A stretch of 64,000 bases of DNA from Chthoniobacteraceae bacterium (lineage in GTDB: Bacteria > Verrucomicrobiota > Verrucomicrobiia > Chthoniobacterales > Chthoniobacteraceae), in contig JANNWY010000304.1 in assembly GCA_031409335.1 (NCBI GenBank), positions 1 to 64,000 on the forward strand. Direction: 5' to 3'. The position numbers were made by a program, and so were the translations under genes. The notes beneath the pieces are model-generated. The model was not told the DNA's origin and did no database searches. It saw only the letters and a list, made by a program, of their open reading frames with translations. Numbering within the stretch: position 1 is the stretch's first letter; the number at the start of each line of letters is the position of its first letter. This document shows positions 39,597-49,263 of this stretch, piece by piece.

Positions 39597-42500
39597 ATGA
39601 AAACATTCCTCCGCCTTTTCATCGCGTTCGCACTTTTCACGCCGGGCGCATTCGCGCAGGACGCGCCCCGGCTTTCCCTCGAAATGAAACCGGGCCGCAG
39701 GCTGCTCATCCAGTGGCAGGCGGCGGCGGGGACGACGCGGCTGGTGTGGACGGATGCGCTGGGAAATCCCACGGTGTGGATGCCGCTCGCGGGCGTGCAG
39801 CCGATGGGCTCCGATGTGTGGCAGGCTGAGTTTCAGGCGGTCATCCCGAAGGCGTTTTTCACGCTGCATCCGCCGAGCCTTCCCGTGGCTCCGCCGAATG
39901 TGCGGCTGGTGCCGGTGGGCGATCATTTTCAACTCGAATGGGACTCGACGAGCGATGCGGCGGGCTACGTGGTGTATGTCGGCACGGATGCGACGGTGGG
40001 GCCTGGCAATAGCATTCTCCAACTCACGGTGCCCGCGGCGAACGCGCTCGAAATCACCGGGCTGACGCCGGGACAGACTTATTACATTACCATCGCAGCG
40101 GTGAATGCGGCGGGGCAGGGCGCGCTGGCTCCGGCGGTGAGCGGCAGCTTCGGGCCAAAGGGCGTGCTGGCGGGGACGGCGGTGCAGTCGTTCGCGCTCG
40201 CGACCGGCGGGACTTTCGACGTGCTGGCGGAAGGCGCGACGATCAATGCCGTGGCTCTCGGCAACCCCGGCGCGCAGCCAGTGAGCGCGACGGCGGACAA
40301 GGACGGGCATTTCCGGTTCTCGAATCTTCCCATCGGCGACTACCTGCTCGGTTACGTGTTTCAGGGGCAGGCGGGTTTTCTCTCGACGCCTGTCGTGGTC
40401 GGGGAAAGTGGCGCGGCGGTGATGCCGCTCATCATCCCAAGCGGGCCGCAACCGCCTCCGCCGGGCTCGACGCTGGTCGGCATGCTGGCGCTTTCCGATG
40501 GCAATCCGGCGCGGAATGACATTGAGGAATTCGGCATTCACATCGAAGCGCAAATGCGCGCGGTGCTCGCGTCGGGCGGGGAACGCGTGGTGCGTCCCGA
40601 CCGCACAGGCGCGTGGGCGATCACGGACCTGACTTCCGCGGATTATCCGATCACGCTCGCGGCGGACTATCCCGGTTTGCAGCCGCTCGTCGTCCCGATC
40701 GCGGCACCGCCGCTGGAGCAGGCGGCGATCGCGCTCCTGTTTCCCGAGATTCTTCCCTCGTTGAAAAGGATGAGCATTTTCCAAAATGGCGTCGAAGTGC
40801 AGACGATCGCGCGCGGCGTGCCGGTGACGGTGGTGGGTGAGTTTGAGAATCCTGGCGGGCTGCTGCTGGAGCCGCGCTGGGTCGCGGAATTTAACGGGCA
40901 GAAACAGCTCGCGACGGGTAGTTCGGCGACGTTCATTTTCCACCAACCGCCTGGCCCAACCGGACTCGGCCTCGCCGATCCGCAGGATGGCGGGCTGGTG
41001 CTCATCCGGGTCGTTGCGTCCGGCTTTGCGCACGTCGGCCCGCCGAAAGGCTGGCAGATCGATGTCGAAGGCATGGGCTGCTGGTCTGGACTCGCGGCGG
41101 AGTGGAGCCCGTACGGGCCGGATATCGTGGTCGGCACGCATCCCGCGACCATCACTGTGAAGCACGCTGGCCCGCTCTCGCCGGGCGTCACGACGACGAT
41201 CAATAACACCTCCGGCGGTTACTTTGAACTACCCATCGATCCGACCAGCGTGCCGCCCTATCTCGTCCGCGTGGACAAGCCGGGTTACATGCGTTTCCTG
41301 TGGCCCTTCGAGCAGCGCCTGCCGAATGAAGGCACCTACTCCGTCACCGCTGCGATCAGCGACTACCAATCGCAGCATCCCAGCGGCCCGCGAGTCTTCT
41401 CGCACCCATTCGGTGGTATCGTCACCATTCCGTGGGGCGAAGTGATCGATCCGCTGAATCAGAACTGGTATGGCGACATTATTGTTACGATGGCTACCTT
41501 CGATCCCACGGTGCGGCATCCGCTGCCGCCGGGGGCGGAAGTGCGCGGGCCGGGACTGCGCAATGGCATCCAAGCCCTCGGCGGCTTCTGGTTCGAAATC
41601 ACGGATCACCTCGGAGTCCCGCTGAAGCCCACCGCGGCCTGCACGCTCACGATGAAAGCCCCGCTTTCTTTCCCCAATCTCACGGTGCCTGGCTACCATC
41701 AGGTCGAGTCCACTGGTTACTTTGAACGCTGGGGCTATGCTCCCGGCACCGATGCCATCAAGACCGGCGGCGGAGCCTACACCGTCACGCTGGGCACCAA
41801 GGGCCTTTTCCTCATCGGCCTCGACTGGCCGCTCGTCGAGATGTTCATCGAGCCCGATCGCACGCTGGGCTACCCGTTCGAAGTGCGGGTCGGCAAGTCG
41901 ATCTTTGGCGTCACGGCGCAGAGCTTTCATCAGGTGAATATCGGGCGTTTGTTCGTCCCGTCGCAAACGGTCACGGAAATAAAAGTGCTCGATCTCCGAC
42001 AGGCACCCGGCCTGCGCTACCCAAACCTAGCGTCGCCCGGCTACTTCCTTTCCCCCATGCTAAAGACGACGGTGGTCTCGAAGAACTTCCAGCCAAACCC
42101 GCCGATCCCCGCGCTGCCAGCCATCGCCACCTATGCGGCGGCGGTTTCGCTCAATGACTCGGTGCCGCAGCTCACCAGCGTCACGCCGACCAGCACCAGC
42201 GCGTTAAGCAGTGCGACTCACTTCTTCAGCCGCGGCGGCGTCAATTCCGCAGCCGATGCCAATGATTACTACACGCGCATCAATGCTCCGGCCACGCTTG
42301 CGCAATGGCGTGCGCTCAATGGCTTTCCCGTGCGCTTCGGCGGGCCGCTGACTGGTGTGAGTGTGGATGACTACGCCACGGCATATTACTATAACCTTGG
42401 CGACCTCGGCTTTGCCCGTGCGCAGAGTATGCGCATCAAGCTATCGTCGATCGACGGAGGCTTTGACACCGCCTATCAAGTCACTAACTACCCAACCATC

Positions 42501-43241
42501 GAGGATGCCATCTGCGGGCGGGGAGCCATCGCCACGGTCTGCATGGACTTTACAAAACGCACCGACACTGGCGCGCAGACCGCCACGAGATACACGCGCT
42601 TTTATGTCTATGGCAGCAATGGCCTGCTGCTCAAGGAAGCCGACCTCGACGGCGCGGGCCTCAAAGGTGTGCCGAACCTATGCGTGACCTGCCACGGCGG
42701 AAATTTTTACAACGGGAGCGACCCAAACCGCACTCCAAACATCGGCGCGCGCTTCCTGCCCTTCGATTTGGAATCCTTTACCTACCATCCCAAGTTTGGC
42801 CTTCAGAAACCCGAACTCGGTCGCATGAACAAAGGCGTCCTGCTGACCGCCCCGACCGCTGCCACGGCTGATCTCATCGCCGGCTGGTATGGCAACCCCA
42901 ACCCGCTCGCGAATCTGACCGCCTTCAACCCGAACTACGTCCCCACCGCGCCCGGCCTTTCTTGGGCGGGCAACGCGAGCGTTTATACCGATGTTTTCAA
43001 GCCAGGCTGCCGCGTCTGCCACAATTCCCGCGAGACCACTGGCTACGTGCAGTTCGCCTCTTTTGCGAATTTTCAGGCCTCCAACTTCGGCGCTTTCCCC
43101 GTCGGCAACTCCATGCAAATGCCGCATGGTCGCAGACCCTATGGCATTGTTTGGGGCAGTCGCGGCGCGGTGAATCTCGGCCAGCCTGTGCCCAACATTC
43201 CCAGCATCATCCAGACGCTCGGCGGCTCGGTTTACAGGTAG
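39597..43241 (+). CDS. Large secreted FN3/beta-sandwich protein with C-terminal diheme cytochrome c region
   Basis: Signal peptide MKTFLRLFIAFALFTPGAFA; FN3 (ITGLTPGQTYYITIAAVN); ADKDGHFRFSNLPIGDY; CVTCH and CRVCH followed by MQMPH. Confidence 0.85.
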   Translation: MKTFLRLFIAFALFTPGAFAQDAPRLSLEMKPGRRLLIQWQAAAGTTRLVWTDALGNPTVWMPLAGVQPMGSDVWQAEFQAVIPKAFFTLHPPSLPVAPPNVRLVPVGDHFQLEWDSTSDAAGYVVYVGTDATVGPGNSILQLTVPAANALEITGLTPGQTYYITIAAVNAAGQGALAPAVSGSFGPKGVLAGTAVQSFALATGGTFDVLAEGATINAVALGNPGAQPVSATADKDGHFRFSNLPIGDYLLGYVFQGQAGFLSTPVVVGESGAAVMPLIIPSGPQPPPPGSTLVGMLALSDGNPARNDIEEFGIHIEAQMRAVLASGGERVVRPDRTGAWAITDLTSADYPITLAADYPGLQPLVVPIAAPPLEQAAIALLFPEILPSLKRMSIFQNGVEVQTIARGVPVTVVGEFENPGGLLLEPRWVAEFNGQKQLATGSSATFIFHQPPGPTGLGLADPQDGGLVLIRVVASGFAHVGPPKGWQIDVEGMGCWSGLAAEWSPYGPDIVVGTHPATITVKHAGPLSPGVTTTINNTSGGYFELPIDPTSVPPYLVRVDKPGYMRFLWPFEQRLPNEGTYSVTAAISDYQSQHPSGPRVFSHPFGGIVTIPWGEVIDPLNQNWYGDIIVTMATFDPTVRHPLPPGAEVRGPGLRNGIQALGGFWFEITDHLGVPLKPTAACTLTMKAPLSFPNLTVPGYHQVESTGYFERWGYAPGTDAIKTGGGAYTVTLGTKGLFLIGLDWPLVEMFIEPDRTLGYPFEVRVGKSIFGVTAQSFHQVNIGRLFVPSQTVTEIKVLDLRQAPGLRYPNLASPGYFLSPMLKTTVVSKNFQPNPPIPALPAIATYAAAVSLNDSVPQLTSVTPTSTSALSSATHFFSRGGVNSAADANDYYTRINAPATLAQWRALNGFPVRFGGPLTGVSVDDYATAYYYNLGDLGFARAQSMRIKLSSIDGGFDTAYQVTNYPTIEDAICGRGAIATVCMDFTKRTDTGAQTATRYTRFYVYGSNGLLLKEADLDGAGLKGVPNLCVTCHGGNFYNGSDPNRTPNIGARFLPFDLESFTYHPKFGLQKPELGRMNKGVLLTAPTAATADLIAGWYGNPNPLANLTAFNPNYVPTAPGLSWAGNASVYTDVFKPGCRVCHNSRETTGYVQFASFANFQASNFGAFPVGNSMQMPHGRRPYGIVWGSRGAVNLGQPVPNIPSIIQTLGGSVYR

Positions 43242-43316
43242 CGTTCGCCGACGTTTTTTGTTCCGGAAAAAAGGAAAGCTGGAATGCCAGCCGAGGCTGG
43301 TGCTTGATGCGCGGCC

Positions 43317-44858
43317 ATGCTGAAAAAACCGGTAGTTTTAATCATCCGAGACGGCTGGGGAATCAATCCCGGCGGGCGCGCGCAGGCGGTCGAAAATGGC
43401 GACGCAACGCAGCTCGCGAAGACGCCGTTTCACGATCATCTTTACGCGGCGTATCCGCACGCGACGCTGAGTGCGAGCGGGATGGATGTCGGGCTGCCGG
43501 ATGGGCAAATGGGGAATAGCGAGGTGGGCCACCTGAATCTGGGCGCGGGACGGATTGTTTATCAGGATTTGACGCGGATTAACAAAGCGATCCGCGACGG
43601 TGAACTGGCGACGAACCCGGTGCTGGTGGAGGCATTCGCAAAAGCGAAAGGGCGGCGGCTGCATTTGATCGGGCTGGTTTCGGATGGCGGTGTGCATTCA
43701 TATCAGGATCATCTGGTGGCGCTGGCGACGGCGGCGAGCGACGCCGGGGTGGGGGATATTCTCGTTCATGCGATCACGGACGGGCGCGATACTTCGCCAA
43801 CGGGCGGGGCGGATTTTCTGGCGACGGTGCAGGCCGGGCTCGCGCCGAGCGGGGCGAAGATTGCGACGGTGATCGGGCGGTATTTCGCGATGGATCGCGA
43901 CCGGCGCTGGGAGAGAAACAAGCTGGCGTGGGATGCGATCGTGCTGGGGCGCGGACCGTTTTCCGCGGACTGCCCGAGCGCGGCAGTGCGCACGGCGTAT
44001 GGGAAGGAACCGCGGGGCGATGAGTTTCTCCAGCCGCTGATTTTTTCGCACGCAAATGAGCAGCGCATCCGCGATGGCGATGTGGTGTTGTGGTTTAACT
44101 TCCGCGCGGATCGCGCGCGGCAGATTTCGCAGGCGTTTTTGGAAAAGGATTTCGATGGCTTCGAGCGCGAGGTGCGTCCGCAGGTCCACTACGTGACTTT
44201 GACGGAATACGACGCGACGTACGGCGTGCCGGTGGTGTTCGGTCCGCAGTCGCTGAAGAACATTCTCGGCGAAGTGGTGAGCGCGGCGGGGCTGAAACAA
44301 TTGCGGATCGCGGAGACGGAGAAGTATCCGCACGTGACGTTCTTCTTCAACGGCGGCGTCGAGGAGCCGTTTGCGGGGGAGGATCGCATCATCGTGCCGT
44401 CGCCGAAGGACGTGCCGACGTATGATTTCAAGCCCGAGATGAGTGCGCCGGAAGTGACGGCGCGCGTGGTGGCGGCGCTGCCGGATTACGATTTGGTGAT
44501 CTTGAATTTCGCGAATCCCGACATGGTCGGGCACACGGGCGTGGTCGCGGCGGGGATCAAGGCCGTGGAGACGATCGACGGGTGTGTGAAGGCAGTGGTG
44601 GAGAAGGCGCTTTCGCTGGGCGGGAGCCTGCTGATCACGGCGGATCACGGAAATTGCGAACAGATGCGCAACGCGGACGGTTCGCCGAATACCGCGCACA
44701 CCACGAATCTCGTCCGCTTTCTTTACGCTGGCGCGGACGCGGAGGCGCGGAGCATTTCGGCGGGGATTCTCGCGGATGTCGCGCCGACACTTTTGCATTT
44801 GCTCGGCGTGCCGCAGCCCGCGGAGATGACGGGGATGAACCGGCTCGCGATGCGCTGA
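43317..44858 (+). CDS. gpmI: 2,3-bisphosphoglycerate-independent phosphoglycerate mutase
   Basis: QMGNSEVGH, SDGGVHS, DGRD, GRYFAMDRD, AETEKYPHVTFF, DMVGHTG, TADHGN. Confidence 0.97.
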   Translation: MLKKPVVLIIRDGWGINPGGRAQAVENGDATQLAKTPFHDHLYAAYPHATLSASGMDVGLPDGQMGNSEVGHLNLGAGRIVYQDLTRINKAIRDGELATNPVLVEAFAKAKGRRLHLIGLVSDGGVHSYQDHLVALATAASDAGVGDILVHAITDGRDTSPTGGADFLATVQAGLAPSGAKIATVIGRYFAMDRDRRWERNKLAWDAIVLGRGPFSADCPSAAVRTAYGKEPRGDEFLQPLIFSHANEQRIRDGDVVLWFNFRADRARQISQAFLEKDFDGFEREVRPQVHYVTLTEYDATYGVPVVFGPQSLKNILGEVVSAAGLKQLRIAETEKYPHVTFFFNGGVEEPFAGEDRIIVPSPKDVPTYDFKPEMSAPEVTARVVAALPDYDLVILNFANPDMVGHTGVVAAGIKAVETIDGCVKAVVEKALSLGGSLLITADHGNCEQMRNADGSPNTAHTTNLVRFLYAGADAEARSISAGILADVAPTLLHLLGVPQPAEMTGMNRLAMR

Positions 44859-44920
44859 GTTTTCGCCGCAGGGGACGCTTGCATTCGGTCCGACCGGCGC
44901 TTATTTCTGCGCTCCTTTCT

Positions 44921-44994
44921 TGCCCGATGGTGTAACGGTAGCACAGGCGACTTTGACTCGCCTAGTCAAGGTTCAAATCCTTGTCGGGCAGCCA
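44921..44994 (+). tRNA. tRNA-Gln (anticodon TTG)
   Basis: Acceptor TGCCCGA/TCGGGCA plus G-CCA; anticodon arm GGCGA-CT TTG AC-TCGCC; T arm CAAGG-TTCAAAT-CCTTG. Confidence 0.96.
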
Positions 44995-45049
44995 ATCGCG
45001 CGACGTGACGGTCCTTGTCGGCCAGGAATAATTCTGTTAGCGGATCTCC

Positions 45050-46045
45050 ATGAAAACGACTCAGTTCATCGCGTGTTCGATCATCATTCTGATTCTCGGA
45101 GCGATCAGTTTTTCCCAATGGCAGAAAAACGATGAGCTGAATCGGCAGATCGCCCGGATGCAGACGGAGGCGGCTGCTCTGGCCGCGAGCGCGAAAGAGG
45201 ATATGGCGAATCTTCAGAAAAAAGTCGAAGACCGAACGCAAGTGATCGCCGAGATGGAGGCGGCCCGGAAGGACATCGCGCGCGGCGAGCCAGTCGTGAA
45301 AGATGAAGCTTCCGCAGAGGCGCCGACTGGGAAATCCGCAAAGCTCGATCTCGGTGGAATGATGAAGAAAATGTTCACCGACCCGAACATGAAAAAGATG
45401 ATGAAAGGGATGCAGTCGATGGGCGTGAAGATGATGTATGCGGATCTCGCCAAGGAACTCGGACTCACTCCGGATCAGGCGAATCAAGTGATGGAACTGC
45501 TCGGCGACCGGCAGATGGCCCTCACGACGAAAGGGATGAAAATGTTTGGGGGTGATTCGGAAAATGGTGCTGCCAAGGATGACGGCAGGGAAGTCGCGGC
45601 AGCGGATGAAGATTACGACGCTCACCTCGAAAGTATTTTGGGGAAGGACGGGATGGCGAAATTGAAGGACTACGAAAGGACGGCGGGAGACCGGATGATG
45701 ATTCAGCAGTACCAGCAGGCATTCACTGCGAACGGTATGCCGCTGGATGAAAATGAATCGCAGGGCCTTCTCAATATCATGAAGGAAGAGCGAATGAAGC
45801 AACCGCCTTCACCGCTCGATCCTGGGACGAAGGATTTCGGTGCGGCAATCGAGGCGATGCAATCGGAGGAAAAAGTCAGCAAGCTGCTTGCCGCGCAGGA
45901 GGACGCGAACCGCCGGGTGAACATCCGTGCGCGCAATGTGCTCGCGCCTGACAAGATGGTGCAGTTTGAGAAGATTCAACAACAGCAACTCGATATGCAG
46001 AAAATGGGGATCGAGATGGGTGCGAAAATGTTCAATCAGAAATAG
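45050..46045 (+). CDS. Hypothetical Met-rich helical protein with N-terminal membrane anchor
   Basis: N-terminal hydrophobic helix, coiled coil, LTPDQ motif, 30 Met in 331 aa by hand count. Confidence 0.8.
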   Translation: MKTTQFIACSIIILILGAISFSQWQKNDELNRQIARMQTEAAALAASAKEDMANLQKKVEDRTQVIAEMEAARKDIARGEPVVKDEASAEAPTGKSAKLDLGGMMKKMFTDPNMKKMMKGMQSMGVKMMYADLAKELGLTPDQANQVMELLGDRQMALTTKGMKMFGGDSENGAAKDDGREVAAADEDYDAHLESILGKDGMAKLKDYERTAGDRMMIQQYQQAFTANGMPLDENESQGLLNIMKEERMKQPPSPLDPGTKDFGAAIEAMQSEEKVSKLLAAQEDANRRVNIRARNVLAPDKMVQFEKIQQQQLDMQKMGIEMGAKMFNQK

Positions 46046-46063
46046 CCTGTCGGATCGCACGAG

Positions 46064-46732
46064 ATGATCATTTCCAACATCACAGAACGGCTGCTCGAAC
46101 CCGGGATCATCGCGATCATTCGTGCGGATTCAGCCGACCAGTTGCTCGACGCGGCTCAAGCACTGCTCGATGGCGGCGTCACGGCGATGGAGGTGACGAT
46201 GACGACGCCCGGTGCGCTCGAAGTCGTCCGCGATGCGCGCGCGAGGTTTGGCGACAGTATGCTCATCGGGGTTGGCACGGTGCTCAGTGAGGACACGTGC
46301 GTTTCCGCAATTCTCGCCGGCGCGCAATTTATCGTCACTCCCGTGACGAAGCCCGAAATCATTCGAGCGAGTCATCGCTACGGAAAACCCGTCCTGAGCG
46401 GCGCATTCACCCCGACCGAGTGTCTAGTGGCGCATGATGCGGGAGCGGACTTCGTGAAGCTGTTTCCCGCCGAGCAGCTTGGCCCTGACTATATTATGGG
46501 CATCCGCGCACCGCTGCCGATGCTGCGGATCATTCCGACTGGCGGCGTGACCCCTGAAAATGCTGCCGCATTTATCGAGGCGGGATGTGTCGCGCTGGGA
46601 GCGGGCACCAGTCTCGTATCGAGGGAAATCCTGCAAAATCGGGACTGGCCCGCCCTGAGCGAGCGGGCGGCAAAATTTGTCCGAGCCATAAAAGCGGCGC
46701 GAAGCGTGAGGGATGCGCGATTGATTTCGTGA
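46064..46732 (+). CDS. eda: KDPG/KHG aldolase
   Basis: IIAIIR, MEVT, IGVGTV, AQFIVTP, TPTE, VKLFPA, PTGGV. Confidence 0.9.
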   Translation: MIISNITERLLEPGIIAIIRADSADQLLDAAQALLDGGVTAMEVTMTTPGALEVVRDARARFGDSMLIGVGTVLSEDTCVSAILAGAQFIVTPVTKPEIIRASHRYGKPVLSGAFTPTECLVAHDAGADFVKLFPAEQLGPDYIMGIRAPLPMLRIIPTGGVTPENAAAFIEAGCVALGAGTSLVSREILQNRDWPALSERAAKFVRAIKAARSVRDARLIS

Positions 46733-47105
46733 ATTCTTTCTCACACGGGCTCCCCCACTCTGAAGTCTCGAACGATCGCGGGCAACATTGCCGTCCGCGT
46801 TGCCCGCTTCGCCCGGACGCTTGTTTGGGCGATAAGCGGTTGACCAACAAGAATTAACACCGATGGATGCTTTCTATCGCGATACAATCTGGAAATCGTG
46901 TAGGACATAGGCCGACAAAAAAAATGGCTCATTCTCTCTTCTTATCCGTTGCCAAGATTCACTCCGAACCCTACTCTCAGCCACAAATCACAAAGGAAAA
47001 ATCCATCTGCTGCTTAACTGAAAAACTCTACAGCCGGATCAACTCCCTAGTAATCAACTCTTTAAGACATCGGGCAATCCAAAGCATCAAACTGAATCCA
47101 AACGC

Positions 47106-47912
47106 GTGACTAATCAAAATCCCATCGCAGCAACAGCAAGGATCGGCGCTCTCTTGGGCGCACTCTCTTTTGCGTCTCTTTCAACGACTCAGGCGGCGTT
47201 CACTGCTCTTCCGATTCCAACGCCCGAAACGCCCGGTGTGGCGCTTGGCGCGCCGATGCTGGGTGCGGCCGGGAAGGTCGTTGCTTTTAAGACCGTCTCC
47301 TTCGTTGACAACGCGCTGCCCACTCCGTTTGCGTCGGGCATCTTGAACTCGTTCGTCGTTGATCGCGGCAGCGGTTTGCTGGACTTCTATTATCAACTCG
47401 TGAACACGTCGGTCGGACCTGATCCATTTGGCGATTCGGATATGTTTCGCTTCAAGACCTTGGCTGGATTTGATCCGGCACAGAATCCGCAACTAGCTAG
47501 CGGACTGATGATCGGTCAAACCAATACGCTCACGGGCCTTAATACCAGTATGTTCCCGGCGGTTGCAGGATTGACTCAGGGTGCCGGTCTGCAGGCTGCT
47601 GCAACGGGCGATCACAGCGTCGGCACGATCGGGAGTGTCGGGTTCGACTTCCCGATCCAACCACCCCTCCCGTTCACCGGGGATGTAAATAATGTCAATT
47701 TTGGCGAATCGAGTTCGTTCATAATCGTCAGAACCAATTCAACCGTTTTTGGCATGGTGCCGTCCGCAATCAGCGGCTCTGCGACGGCGTTTCCAGTCGG
47801 AACCTTCGCGGCAATACCCGAGCCCGGCTCGATCTTGTTCGGCATCGCTGTTTTGGGCACCTGTCTCGGTCGTCGCGCCACAGGAGTGCGACGCTTGAAG
47901 TCTGATTGCTAA
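47106..47912 (+). CDS. PEP-CTERM sorting-signal protein
   Basis: Signal peptide; C-terminus AIPEPGSILFGIAVLGTCLGRR (PEP + transmembrane + basic). Confidence 0.88.
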   Translation: MTNQNPIAATARIGALLGALSFASLSTTQAAFTALPIPTPETPGVALGAPMLGAAGKVVAFKTVSFVDNALPTPFASGILNSFVVDRGSGLLDFYYQLVNTSVGPDPFGDSDMFRFKTLAGFDPAQNPQLASGLMIGQTNTLTGLNTSMFPAVAGLTQGAGLQAAATGDHSVGTIGSVGFDFPIQPPLPFTGDVNNVNFGESSSFIIVRTNSTVFGMVPSAISGSATAFPVGTFAAIPEPGSILFGIAVLGTCLGRRATGVRRLKSDC

Positions 47913-47952
47913 GTCCCCCCCAGTTAGTCCTCCCAGTTCATCCCCCCGCGAG

Positions 47953-47990
47953 AGCCCGCTTCGATCTTGGTCGAAGCGGGCTTTTCTTTT
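47953..47990 (+). terminator. Intrinsic terminator
   Basis: AGCCCGCTTCGA / TCGAAGCGGGCT 12-bp stem followed by TTTCTTTT. Confidence 0.88.
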
Positions 47991-48075
47991 GTAGATTCAT
48001 CATTGGCGGGGTCTGGCGGTCAACTCTCCGTTCCTCAGTTGCAAACACCGAAAATTGTGAAAAACAGCACGCCTC

Positions 48076-48696
48076 ATGTCTTCGCTCATCGAGTGGCTTA
48101 ACTCTTCGCAGCACTATTTCAGCCAGCGGGGCTGGGAAGGCGTCCTGTTGTTTGCCTGCGTCATTGTGCTTGTGCAAATGCTCATCGCGCCGATGTCGCC
48201 AGTCGCCGTCGCTGCGGGATTCAGCTTTGGGCTGGGTCGCGGTTGGGTTGTCATTACGATCGGAACCGCGCTCGGTGCGGCAGTGAATTTTTTGATTTCC
48301 AGATACCTCGCGCGCGGGTTTATCGCCAGGAGACTGGCGCAGAATGACAAATTCCGACTGATCGACGCGGCGATCGGACGGGAAGGCTGGAAGATCGTGA
48401 TGCTGCTTCGGTTTGTTCCCATGCCGTTCGGCCTCGCGAACTACGCCTACGGACTAACGGCGATTCGCTTCTGGCCGTATCTGCTCGCTTCAATCGTCGC
48501 CATTGTTCCAGCGAATCTCTTCCTAGTCTATCTAGGCCACACTGCCTACTCCGGGATTGCCGTGGCGTCAGGCGCGGAACGTCCGCGTCATCCTGGCGAA
48601 TATCTGCTCCTGGCTACGGGGATTGTTGCCGCGTTTTTCGCGTTGCGCCACATCACAAAAGTGGCGAAGAGCGCCGTCCAAGGCACCGAGGCCTGA
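48076..48696 (+). CDS. TVP38/TMEM64 (VTT domain, DedA superfamily) membrane protein
   Basis: AAGFSFG, GAAVNFLISRYLAR, LLRFVPMPFGLANYAYG. Confidence 0.88.
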   Translation: MSSLIEWLNSSQHYFSQRGWEGVLLFACVIVLVQMLIAPMSPVAVAAGFSFGLGRGWVVITIGTALGAAVNFLISRYLARGFIARRLAQNDKFRLIDAAIGREGWKIVMLLRFVPMPFGLANYAYGLTAIRFWPYLLASIVAIVPANLFLVYLGHTAYSGIAVASGAERPRHPGEYLLLATGIVAAFFALRHITKVAKSAVQGTEA

Positions 48697-48852
48697 AACG
48701 AGTTGGTTTTTTAGTTCCGGAAAATCGGCCAGCGGGGTTTGGGACGGAAGTCTAGTTGTAGTCAGAAATTCTTTGAGAGAGAACAGGGGTTGGTTTCAAA
48801 ATTTCGCGAAAGCCGCTCGCTCAGAAACACGGCGCACGCTTTTCTCAGCGCG

Positions 48853-49215
48853 ATGCATTCCTATCTTCTCGTCGCGATCGGCAGTGCGCTGGGCGGAGTC
48901 CTGCGATTCTGGCTCTCGGCAGTGATGGGGGACAAGCTCGGCGCGGTGCATCTTGGGACGGTGTTTGTGAATGTTTCAGGGTCGTTTACGATCGGCCTCC
49001 TCGCAGCGCTCGGGCCGATGCCTTTCTCGCGGCAACTCTTCATGGTCGGAGTGCTCGGCGGATACACCACGTTTTCCTCGTTCAGCCTGCAAACGCTGGA
49101 GCTGGCGCATGAAGGCCGGTGGGCAACGGCGGCGGCGAATGTGGTGCTCTCGGTGGTGCTCTCGCTCGCGGCGGTGTGGCTTGGGCATTGGTGCGGCATG
49201 GCGTGGCGGCGCTGA
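48853..49215 (+). CDS. crcB: Fluoride channel CrcB/FluC
   Basis: GSALGGVLR, GTVFVNVSGSF, GVLGGYTTFSSF. Confidence 0.93.
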   Translation: MHSYLLVAIGSALGGVLRFWLSAVMGDKLGAVHLGTVFVNVSGSFTIGLLAALGPMPFSRQLFMVGVLGGYTTFSSFSLQTLELAHEGRWATAAANVVLSVVLSLAAVWLGHWCGMAWRR

Positions 49216-49263
49216 AAACTCGCGGTTGCGAGCAGCTCGCAAACACGGCAGCGTGCGGCCCTC

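Noticed and set aside
44995..48700. Genomic island integrated at tRNA-Gln (lower GC by eye, AT-rich 46860-47105)
   Set aside because: No integrase and no duplicated tRNA 3' end found; the genes are ordinary, and the AT-rich part is more simply the PEP-CTERM gene promoter region.
48697..48852. Fluoride riboswitch upstream of crcB
   Set aside because: No GGCGATGG...CGCC / GCTGATGAC-type core seen.
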